Positions 50,933 to 59,160 of a stretch of DNA of 64,000 bases are shown piece by piece. The position numbers and the translations under genes were made by a program. Each line of letters opens with the position of its first letter. Positions within the stretch are counted from its first letter, which is position 1. Below the pieces are notes generated by a model that was not told where the DNA came from, did not search any database, and was given only the letters and a program-made list of their open reading frames with translations. Source of the DNA: a virus; the IMG/VR virus record IMGVR_UViG_3300042914_002215, one strand, 5' to 3'.

Positions 50933-52105
50933 ATGAAGTACCCACTAATGTCAGACAATATTACTAGAGAAGATTTAGATTTGGTAATAGAGCATCTCAA
51001 AAAAGGTAATCCAAAACTAACTAATGGTCCAGAGTGCCGTGCTTTTGAAGAAGCATGGAGCAAATGGTTGGGTGTAAAGTATTCTGTGTTTGTAAACTCA
51101 GGTGCTTCTGCTAATCTATTGTCTATGACAATGTTGAAGATTCTACATCCAGAAGGCGGTGAAGTTATCGTGCCACCATTCACATGGATATCTGATGTTG
51201 CATCTGTTCTACAGTGTGGTTTTACACCAGTGTTTGTTGACATTGACTTGAATACACTTGGCATGAACACTGAAGGTATTCTCAAAGCAATTACACCAAA
51301 AACACGTGCAGTGTTTCTTACATATGCACAAGGCTTCAACTGTCTTACAGACGAATTGTTATTGAAACTACAAGCACTCAATATTCCATTGATTGAAGAT
51401 GTGTGTGAATCACATGGCGCAAAACACAACGACCAATTATTAGGTAGTTTTGGTTGGATGTCTAATTTCTCATTCTACTTTGCACATCATATGTCAACGA
51501 TTGAGGGTGGTATGGTATGCACAAACGATGAAAATGTATATCACACAGTTCGTATGCTTCGTTCACATGGCATGGTGCGTGAGTGTGGTTCAGAAAGCAT
51601 GAAGCAATCATATCAGGACATGTATCCTGAACTCAATCCTGATTTTATCTTTGCGTATCCAGCATATAACATGCGTAACACAGAGATTGGTGGTATACTT
51701 GGCCAGAATCAGTTGAAATATTTGGATGAAAATGTGTCCAAACGAAATGATAATTTACTTTACTTCATGAATAAATTGGATGGAACAAAATATAAAGTAG
51801 ATTTTAATTATGATGGTTGCAGTAACTATGCATTCAATATTGTGCTACAACCAGAATATGCCAACAAAGATTTTGCACAAAGACTCATGCACAAAATGCG
51901 TGATAATGAGATAGAGTATCGTCGTGGTTCTGCTGGTGGTGGTAATCAGTTGCGTCAGCCATATCTGACTGGTGTGTACGGTGATCATTACTTAGATTTT
52001 CCTAACACAGAACACATGCACTTCTACTCATTCTATATTGGAAATTATCCAACATTGAGTAAGATGGCAATTGATGAAATAACTGGCGTATTGAATAGGG
52101 TGTAA
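50933..52105 (+). CDS. PLP-dependent DegT-fold enzyme, ColD/E1-like NDP-sugar 3-dehydratase
   Basis: NSGASANL, IEDVCESHGA, FSFYFAHHMSTIEGG (His at the usual Schiff-base Lys position), RSHG. Confidence 0.82.
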   Translation: MKYPLMSDNITREDLDLVIEHLKKGNPKLTNGPECRAFEEAWSKWLGVKYSVFVNSGASANLLSMTMLKILHPEGGEVIVPPFTWISDVASVLQCGFTPVFVDIDLNTLGMNTEGILKAITPKTRAVFLTYAQGFNCLTDELLLKLQALNIPLIEDVCESHGAKHNDQLLGSFGWMSNFSFYFAHHMSTIEGGMVCTNDENVYHTVRMLRSHGMVRECGSESMKQSYQDMYPELNPDFIFAYPAYNMRNTEIGGILGQNQLKYLDENVSKRNDNLLYFMNKLDGTKYKVDFNYDGCSNYAFNIVLQPEYANKDFAQRLMHKMRDNEIEYRRGSAGGGNQLRQPYLTGVYGDHYLDFPNTEHMHFYSFYIGNYPTLSKMAIDEITGVLNRV

Positions 52106-52107
52106 TT

Positions 52108-53049
52108 ATGGGACAATGGCGTGTATTAGTAACTGGTGGTGCTGGTTACATTGGTAGCATTCTTGTTGAATATCTTTTACAGATGGGTTGTTTAGTAACT
52201 GTAATTGATAACTTCATGTTCGGACAAACAAGTCTGAATCACTTGTGTGACAATAAAAATCTAAAGATTGTGAACGGTGACATTCGTAATCCATCACACA
52301 TGGCACCTCTACTAAAAGAAGCAGACATAGTTATACCTCTTGCTGCATTAGTGGGTGCACCACTGTGTAATAAAGATGTTGTTGGTGCAGACACGACAAA
52401 TAAAGATGCGATGTTCTGGATGCTGAATGCTGTATCTAAAAAACAACGCATTATTATGCCTACAACTAACTCAGCATATGGCACTGGCGATGAGAACAAC
52501 TTCTGTACAGAGGAATCACCACTGCGTCCAATCTCTAAGTATGCGATTGATAAAGTAGCAGTTGAAGAAAGATTGATGGAACGTGAGAACTCTATCAGTT
52601 ATAGACTAGCAACTGTGTTTGGTATGTCACCACGTATGCGTACTGACTTGTTAGTAAATGATTTGACATATCGTGCAGTCAATGATGGTTATGTTGTTAT
52701 CTTTGAAGGTCATTTCAAACGTAATTATATTCATGTACGTGATGTTTGTGAAGCATTCTTACATGCAATCTATCAGTTTGAAGAAATGAAAAGCAACATC
52801 TATAATGTAGGATTGTCATCTGCAAATGTATCTAAGTTGGAACTATGTGAGATTATCAAAAAACATGTGCCAAACTTTACGATTGTAGAAGGTGATATCA
52901 AGAAAGATCCAGATCAAAGAAACTACATTGTATCTAATGAGAAGTTGGAAGCAACTGGTTGGTATCCTTATCACACATTAGATGATGGCGTTGAAGAACT
53001 AATCAAAGGTTATCAGTATCTCAAAAACAATAAACACGGTAACGTATGA
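52108..53049 (+). CDS. NAD-dependent sugar epimerase/dehydratase/reductase (extended SDR)
   Basis: VLVTGGAGYIGS, YAIDK (YxxxK), RLATVFG.SPRMR.DL.VN, RNYIHV.D. Confidence 0.9.
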   Translation: MGQWRVLVTGGAGYIGSILVEYLLQMGCLVTVIDNFMFGQTSLNHLCDNKNLKIVNGDIRNPSHMAPLLKEADIVIPLAALVGAPLCNKDVVGADTTNKDAMFWMLNAVSKKQRIIMPTTNSAYGTGDENNFCTEESPLRPISKYAIDKVAVEERLMERENSISYRLATVFGMSPRMRTDLLVNDLTYRAVNDGYVVIFEGHFKRNYIHVRDVCEAFLHAIYQFEEMKSNIYNVGLSSANVSKLELCEIIKKHVPNFTIVEGDIKKDPDQRNYIVSNEKLEATGWYPYHTLDDGVEELIKGYQYLKNNKHGNV

Positions 53050-53585
53050 GCACAAACAACCATTATGTAAACAATGCTGACTTTCTTGCAGCACTCATCA
53101 AGTACCGTGATGAATGTGAACATGCAAAGAAAAACAGCACACAAGAACCAAAGATACCAGACTACATTGGTGAATGCTTTCTAAAGATTGCAGAACATCT
53201 ATCACGTAAGCCAAACTTTATTTCATACACATATCGTGATGAGATGATATCGGATGGTGTAGAAAACTGTCTGATGTATTTCCGTAACTTTGATCCTGCT
53301 AAGTCTAAGAATCCATTTGCTTACTTCACACAGATAATTTATTATGCCTTTCTGCGTAGAATTATGCGTGAGAAGAAGCAACTGTATGTAAAGTATAAGG
53401 CAACACAACAGTTTGGTTTGTTAGATGAAGGCGAAATGTACGAAGATGAAAACGGCAACATGAAACAGTTTGAGTTGTACGACAATATCTCCGAGTTCAT
53501 TCATAACTTTGAAGAAAACAAAAAGAAAAAGAAGGTAAAGAAGTTAGTTGGACTTGACAACTTTCTTGATGATGATATAATCTAA
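53046..53585 (+). CDS. gp55: late transcription sigma factor gp55
   Basis: HYVNNADFL, YIGECFLKIA..LS.KPNF..Y.YRDEMI.DG.ENC, NPFAYFTQIIYYAFLRRI..EKKQ. Confidence 0.96.
   Translation: MSTNNHYVNNADFLAALIKYRDECEHAKKNSTQEPKIPDYIGECFLKIAEHLSRKPNFISYTYRDEMISDGVENCLMYFRNFDPAKSKNPFAYFTQIIYYAFLRRIMREKKQLYVKYKATQQFGLLDEGEMYEDENGNMKQFELYDNISEFIHNFEENKKKKKVKKLVGLDNFLDDDII
53554..53581 (+). promoter_or_regulatory. sigma70-type promoter inside the gp55 3' end, upstream of gp47
   Basis: TTGACA-16-TATAAT with extended -10 TG. Confidence 0.6.
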
Positions 53586-53587
53586 GT

Positions 53588-54658
53588 ATGAAACTATGCA
53601 TACTTGGTGACACGCATTTTGGAATGCGTAACGACTCTTTGGAATTTCATAAATATATTGAGAAGTTCTACGAGAACACTTTCTTTCCATATCTAAAAGA
53701 AAATGGTATTACAACCGTTGTACAACTTGGCGATCTATTCGACCGCCGTAAGTTTATTAACTTCAATTCACTCTATTTGTGTCGTAAATACTTCTTTGAT
53801 AAACTTAGAGAAAATGACATCAAGTTCATTACGCTTCTTGGCAACCACGATGTCGCATACAAGAATACGTTAGAGGTAAACTCATCTCAACTGTTACTAA
53901 ACGAATATGATAATATTACTATATACGATTCTTTTAGTACAGTTAATTTTGACGGTATTGATGTTGACATTGTACCTTGGTTATGTGACGACAACGAAAG
54001 TGAAATCCTTTCTCAAATAAAATCTTCCAAATCACAAATCTGTTTCGGTCACTTTGAAATAGAAGGCTTTGAGATGCAAGCGGGCATCATGCAACAAGAA
54101 GGTCTAGACCGCAGCAAATTAAAAAAATATGATGTAGTTCTCACTGGACATTTTCATCACAAGTCAACAGATGGTTCAATTACATACGTAGGCACACCGT
54201 ATGAAATGTTCTGGTCTGACTACAATGATCCACGTGGATTTCATATCTTTGATACTGATACACGTGAGTTAGAGTTCGTACAAAATCCATATAGAATGTT
54301 TTATAAGTTGAATTACAAAGATGATCTGGAGCACTTTGCAGAAAACTATCGGACATTTGATTATTCAATCTATAAAGATTCATATGTCAAAGTAGTAGTA
54401 TTGATAAAACAAAATCCATTTCTGTTTGATGTAGTAATTGATAATCTATACAAAGCTGGAGTTGCAGATGTAACTATTGTAGAAGATTTTACCGAAGTAG
54501 AAAATAATAACGATGAAGAATTGGTAGATCGTGCTGAAGATACCATGACAATTCTTTCCAAATATATTGATAACTTGACACTCAATGTGGAATCTGATAA
54601 ACTAAAGAACATTATGCAAGAACTTTATGTAGAAGCATTAAGTACCGAAACTGAATGA
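53588..54658 (+). CDS. gp47: recombination endonuclease subunit gp47 (Mre11/SbcD-like)
   Basis: GDTHFG, LGDLFDRRK, GNHD, GHFE, GHFH. Confidence 0.95.
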   Translation: MKLCILGDTHFGMRNDSLEFHKYIEKFYENTFFPYLKENGITTVVQLGDLFDRRKFINFNSLYLCRKYFFDKLRENDIKFITLLGNHDVAYKNTLEVNSSQLLLNEYDNITIYDSFSTVNFDGIDVDIVPWLCDDNESEILSQIKSSKSQICFGHFEIEGFEMQAGIMQQEGLDRSKLKKYDVVLTGHFHHKSTDGSITYVGTPYEMFWSDYNDPRGFHIFDTDTRELEFVQNPYRMFYKLNYKDDLEHFAENYRTFDYSIYKDSYVKVVVLIKQNPFLFDVVIDNLYKAGVADVTIVEDFTEVENNNDEELVDRAEDTMTILSKYIDNLTLNVESDKLKNIMQELYVEALSTETE

Positions 54659-56364
54659 TATTATTTAAAAGACTACGCTGGAAAAATTTACTCTCAACTG
54701 GCAATCACTTTACTGAGATATTACTAAACGGCAATCCAAACACGCTAATCGTAGGCACAAATGGCTCAGGTAAGTCAACGATGCTTGATGCTTTGTGTTT
54801 TGGTTTGTTTGGCAAGCCGTTTCGTAATATCAACAAGCCCAATCTCCTAAATAGTATTAATGGTAAAGATTGTGTAGTTGAGATTGAGTTTTCTGTTGGC
54901 AATAAAGAATATAAGATTGTTCGTGGTATCAAACCGAATGTGTTTGAGATATACCAAGACGCAGTTTTGCTGAACCAAGATGCGGCTGTAAGAGATTATC
55001 AAGACTACTTAGAGAAGTTCGTTCTCAAACTAAACTACAAGTCTTTCACGCAGATCGTTATTCTTGGTTCAGCATCCTTTACACCGTTCATGCAGTTATC
55101 TGCTGCTGATCGTCGTGCAATCATTGAAGATTTGTTAGACATTCAAATCTTTTCTACAATGAACAGTCTGGTAAAAGAAAGACTGTCAAATAATAAAGAG
55201 TTGACCATAGCCAAGAAGAACGATGTATCACTTCTTGAGCAAAAATATGAACTCAAAAAAGAGCATCAAGATAAACTCAATGAAGATATTGAAGTAAAGG
55301 TAAAAGAATATGAGAAAGAGATACTTCTGCACAGAGAAACAATACGCACCTTATGTGGAGAGATTGACGATCTGGAGCAATCAAAGAAAGCACTTGCCGA
55401 AATCTGTGCGAAAATTCCTGAAAATGAAAAGAAGATTGCTGCGTTTACAAAAGTTGAGTCACAGATTGAGAGCAAAATATCCAAAGTGGGAAATGATAGA
55501 AGTTTCTATGAACACAATGCTGATTGCCCAACCTGTAGGCAAGCCATTACCTTGGAGTTTAAAGAGGGGCAACTCACAGAACTTGCTACAAAAGAACAAG
55601 AACTCAGGAGTGGTCTAACAGAACTACAAACAAAAATAACAGAACAAGAAAATGTTATTGCCGATCTGCGTGAAAAAGAAAAAGAACTGTCTAATGTTCG
55701 TGTTCAAATCGCAACCACAAACACAAGCGTCAAAGGTTTGAATGACACAATCAAGAGACTTGAAAAAGAAATCAAAGAACTAAGAACACCGAAAGTAAAT
55801 AACACAGACACAAACGAATTGGAAACAATTCAAACACAGATAAAAGAATCACAAGAAGAACTAAAGCAGTTGATGATTGATAAAACATATCTTGATGTAG
55901 CATCAACTTTGTTGAAAGATACTGGTATCAAAACCAATATCATCAAACAATATTTGCCTGTGATAAACAAACTGGTAAACAAATATCTTACCAGTATGGA
56001 CTTCTTTGTGAACTTCAATCTTGATGAGTCTTTCAAAGAAACAATCAAGTCACGCCATCGTGATGATTTTAGTTATCACAATTTCTCAGAAGGTGAGAAG
56101 CAGCGTATTGATATGGCATTGATGTTGACATGGAGAGCAGTAGCCAAGTTGAAAAATTCCATAAATACAAACCTACTGATACTGGATGAGGTTTTTGATT
56201 CAAGCCTAGATACCAGTGGCACAGAAGATTTGATGAAGATACTACACACACTTGACAATGTAAATCTGTTTGTCATCAGTCATAAAGGTGACATACTACA
56301 AGATAAGTTTATGAATACAATACGATTTGAGAAAGTCAAAAACTTTTCAAGGATAATGAAATGA
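54655..56364 (+). CDS. gp46: recombination ATPase subunit gp46 (Rad50/SbcC-like)
   Basis: G.NGSGKST, CPTC hook, FSEGEK.RID, LILDEVFDSSLD, ISHK. Confidence 0.96.
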   Translation: MILFKRLRWKNLLSTGNHFTEILLNGNPNTLIVGTNGSGKSTMLDALCFGLFGKPFRNINKPNLLNSINGKDCVVEIEFSVGNKEYKIVRGIKPNVFEIYQDAVLLNQDAAVRDYQDYLEKFVLKLNYKSFTQIVILGSASFTPFMQLSAADRRAIIEDLLDIQIFSTMNSLVKERLSNNKELTIAKKNDVSLLEQKYELKKEHQDKLNEDIEVKVKEYEKEILLHRETIRTLCGEIDDLEQSKKALAEICAKIPENEKKIAAFTKVESQIESKISKVGNDRSFYEHNADCPTCRQAITLEFKEGQLTELATKEQELRSGLTELQTKITEQENVIADLREKEKELSNVRVQIATTNTSVKGLNDTIKRLEKEIKELRTPKVNNTDTNELETIQTQIKESQEELKQLMIDKTYLDVASTLLKDTGIKTNIIKQYLPVINKLVNKYLTSMDFFVNFNLDESFKETIKSRHRDDFSYHNFSEGEKQRIDMALMLTWRAVAKLKNSINTNLLILDEVFDSSLDTSGTEDLMKILHTLDNVNLFVISHKGDILQDKFMNTIRFEKVKNFSRIMK

Positions 56365-56954
56365 GTGAAATACTAACAATTGATACCGCTGCTGGCATAC
56401 AACAAGTAGAACAAGTAGAGCCACTACAAGTGTTTGATGATAACTACTTTATGCTTCAGCAAAAAATACCAGAATACACTGGTGGATTTCCAGCACCAGC
56501 AATGGTAAACTTAGCCAAAAGATTGAAGTTGACAATGAAACTTTATTCTGGTCTTGGTCTTGCTGCTAATCAATGTGGTATTGCAGAGCGAATGTTTGTT
56601 ATTGGTACAGATGAGTTTCAAATGGTATGTATCAATCCAAAAGTATTAGATGAAGATGATGAATGGGAAAAAGGTAAAGAAGGATGTCTATCCTCACCCG
56701 GATTGTTTCTGAATATTGAAAGACCGAAGTCAATCAAAGTAGGATTTACCGATGAGTTTGGTGAATACAAAGAAGCAATGTTACAAGGATTATCTGCTCG
56801 TTGTTACCTTCATGAGCTTGACCATCTGAATGGAATCAAGTATACTAGCTATGTAAAACCACTTGCACTTAGAATGGCAAAACAGAAAGCAAACAAAATT
56901 GTGAAGAAAATTATTAGGAATCACAAAAATGGAAAACAAAGTTCAAGAATCTAG
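56361..56954 (+). CDS. def: peptide deformylase
   Basis: GLGLAANQ, EGCLS, HELDHLNG. Confidence 0.92.
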   Translation: MSEILTIDTAAGIQQVEQVEPLQVFDDNYFMLQQKIPEYTGGFPAPAMVNLAKRLKLTMKLYSGLGLAANQCGIAERMFVIGTDEFQMVCINPKVLDEDDEWEKGKEGCLSSPGLFLNIERPKSIKVGFTDEFGEYKEAMLQGLSARCYLHELDHLNGIKYTSYVKPLALRMAKQKANKIVKKIIRNHKNGKQSSRI

Positions 56955-57279
56955 TTCATATGAAAACTGCATGGAGTTGTTGACCGATGAGTATCAACCT
57001 CCAACACTAAGCAGATTTTTTGGTGAAGAAGAAAATGATGAAGATGGTGGTGTAGATACCGAAAATGCCGAATGGAAAAAGCATTGGGTTGGTATGCCAG
57101 AGTTCGTCCAGAACGACAAGAAAACATTCAAGACAATTTATCTACATTTCCGCAATCAAGAAGATTATGATGCATTTGCCAAATTGGTTGATCAGAATCT
57201 CACTATGAAAACAAAGTCTATCTGGTATCCAAAACTAGAGCGTGATGAAAACTCACTCAAGAGATGGATTGAAGAGTGA
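56929..57279 (+). CDS. small acidic protein with W..HW.GMPEF motif, likely glycosyltransferase partner
   Basis: WKKHWVGMPEF.Q, HFRNQEDY..FA....Q.LT.KTKSIWYP. Confidence 0.6.
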   Translation: MENKVQESSSYENCMELLTDEYQPPTLSRFFGEEENDEDGGVDTENAEWKKHWVGMPEFVQNDKKTFKTIYLHFRNQEDYDAFAKLVDQNLTMKTKSIWYPKLERDENSLKRWIEE

Positions 57280-57280
57280 A

Positions 57281-58072
57281 ATGGATTTTCTGAAAGAAAA
57301 GCCTCAGGTTCTGTTTGAATATTTTCTACAAGACTATGGCAGTTTATTTGATATAGACGCTGAAGAGTGTAGAGCACTAAGAAAAACAGATAAGATTTTC
57401 CAAGAACTGTCAATAAAATGGTATGATGATCTGGAACATGAGCATGAAAGAAACATTTATGAGGTGTACAATCACGATTACTATTTTATAGATATCTTCA
57501 ATTGTTTTGTTACCTATAGCAGAGATTATATCAAACGTATAATCAAGTCATCACACTTTCAGGAACTCAAAGATGCCAAAGTAATCGTTGACATCGGTTG
57601 TGGAATAAGTTATAGTACATGCTTACTGAAGCAAATATTTCCTGAAGCAAAAGTCTATGCCATAAATCTCAAAGGCACCAAACAATGGAAGTTATGTGAG
57701 ATAATGGCGCAAAGATTTGATTTCAATCTTGTTGAATCTATTCATGACATTGAAGAATCGGTTGATATTCTATGGGCTTCAGAATACTTTGAGCACATTT
57801 ATAATCCAATTGAACATGTTGATGATATAATTAAAACACTGAATCCAAAACATATGATTGTAGCAAACTCATTCAACACATGGGGAATGGGACACTTTAC
57901 AAAGTATGATGTCTATGGTACAATAGTAAGTCAAGACAAAGTTAGTAAAATGTTCAATCAACATTTGATGGCAAAACAATATGAGAATGTCAAATGTGGA
58001 ATATGGAATAACAAACCTATAGTATGGAAAAGAAATGACCAATCCAACACATCCAGTTTATATCGTTTCTAA
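57281..58072 (+). CDS. class I SAM-dependent methyltransferase
   Basis: Motif I VIVDIGCGISYS; SEYFEHI..P; probable start ATG 57281. Confidence 0.7.
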   Translation: MDFLKEKPQVLFEYFLQDYGSLFDIDAEECRALRKTDKIFQELSIKWYDDLEHEHERNIYEVYNHDYYFIDIFNCFVTYSRDYIKRIIKSSHFQELKDAKVIVDIGCGISYSTCLLKQIFPEAKVYAINLKGTKQWKLCEIMAQRFDFNLVESIHDIEESVDILWASEYFEHIYNPIEHVDDIIKTLNPKHMIVANSFNTWGMGHFTKYDVYGTIVSQDKVSKMFNQHLMAKQYENVKCGIWNNKPIVWKRNDQSNTSSLYRF

Positions 58073-58931
58073 AGGTCGTTCAGACACAATGATCACCTCA
58101 CGATCATTGTCACGCATGAGAGTACCACACTACATTGTAATTGAACCACAAGATAAAAAGCCATATGAGGATGCACTTGATAAGTTCGGCATTCGTGACT
58201 ATGTAACATTGATTGTCGCACCGTTCAGTAATCATGGTGATGGTCCTGGTCGTGCAAGGAACTTTGCATGGGATCATTCTATCTCTATCGGTGCAGAGAA
58301 ACATTGGGTGCTTGATGATAATATCGCAGACTTCTACCGCTTGCATAACAACTATCGTATTCGTGTAGAGTCTGGCTGCATCTTCAAAGCAGCAGAAGAT
58401 TTCATTGATAGATTTGAAAATGTGCCAATCTCTGGCTTTCAGTATCGTTTCTTCATTGCACCAAATCAAAGTTATCCACCATATGTAAAGAATACACGAA
58501 TCTATTCTACACTATTGATTGATAATAATTGCAAGCACCGTTGGCGTGGTAGATATAATGAAGATACTGATATCTGTCTGCGTGTATTGAAAGATGGTGA
58601 CTGCACCATTCAATTTAATGCATTTCTTCAAGGCAAAGCAGCGACACAAACTGTCAAGGGTGGTAATACAGAAGAGTTCTATCACAAAGAAGGTGTTGAA
58701 AAGAATCATTGGGTAGATGGTGTCAATGCTGAAGGTACCAGAAACAAATCAGAAATGCTGGTACGTATGCATCCAGATGTAGCACGAATGGTATGGAGAT
58801 ACAAACGCTGGCATCATTATGTTGATTATTCACCGTTCAAGAAGAATGAACTGCGTTATAAAAAGAACATCACAATACCAACTGGTACAAATGAATATGG
58901 TATGAAATTGGTAACTAATTTCAAGTCTTGA
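58035..58931 (+). CDS. GT-A glycosyltransferase, TET-associated (TAGT)/GREB1-like family
   Basis: VYIVSKGR, RARNFAWD, HWVLDDNI, RIYSTLLI, WRGRYNEDTDICLRVLK, GGNT. Confidence 0.78.
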   Translation: MTNPTHPVYIVSKGRSDTMITSRSLSRMRVPHYIVIEPQDKKPYEDALDKFGIRDYVTLIVAPFSNHGDGPGRARNFAWDHSISIGAEKHWVLDDNIADFYRLHNNYRIRVESGCIFKAAEDFIDRFENVPISGFQYRFFIAPNQSYPPYVKNTRIYSTLLIDNNCKHRWRGRYNEDTDICLRVLKDGDCTIQFNAFLQGKAATQTVKGGNTEEFYHKEGVEKNHWVDGVNAEGTRNKSEMLVRMHPDVARMVWRYKRWHHYVDYSPFKKNELRYKKNITIPTGTNEYGMKLVTNFKS

Positions 58932-58956
58932 CAATTGCGTCCATCTCTGTTATTAT
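58928..58956 (+). promoter_or_regulatory. sigma70-type early promoter
   Basis: TTGACA-17-TATTAT, extended -10 TG. Confidence 0.7.
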
Positions 58957-58982
58957 TACCATATAGTGATTAACAGGAGATG

Positions 58983-59144
58983 ATGATGTCAGAATTACAA
59001 GACTTTGTTGACGAAAATGAAACAAATTACCAATTTGCTTTGCTTGATGTCAAAAATGCAATAGATACATATGGCATTGAAATAGTGTTTGAAGCACTAG
59101 ACTTGACAAATATCGTCATGCTTGATACAATGTATGTTCAGTAA
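58983..59144 (+). CDS. small acidic hypothetical protein (~53 aa; absent from ORF track)
   Basis: RBS AGGAG at 58975; MMSELQDFVDENETNYQFALLDVKNAIDTYGIEIVFEALDLTNIVMLDTMYVQ*. Confidence 0.55.
   Translation: MMSELQDFVDENETNYQFALLDVKNAIDTYGIEIVFEALDLTNIVMLDTMYVQ
59103..59131 (+). promoter_or_regulatory. sigma70-type early promoter
   Basis: TTGACA-17-TACAAT, extended -10 TG, 30 nt upstream of 59161. Confidence 0.7.
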
Positions 59145-59160
59145 TTGATAGGAATATCAA

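Noticed and set aside
46763-53049. Host contamination or prophage boundary at the sugar genes
   Set aside because: Same strand, overlap with gp55, no evident integrase, att repeat or compositional break, and core phage genes on both sides
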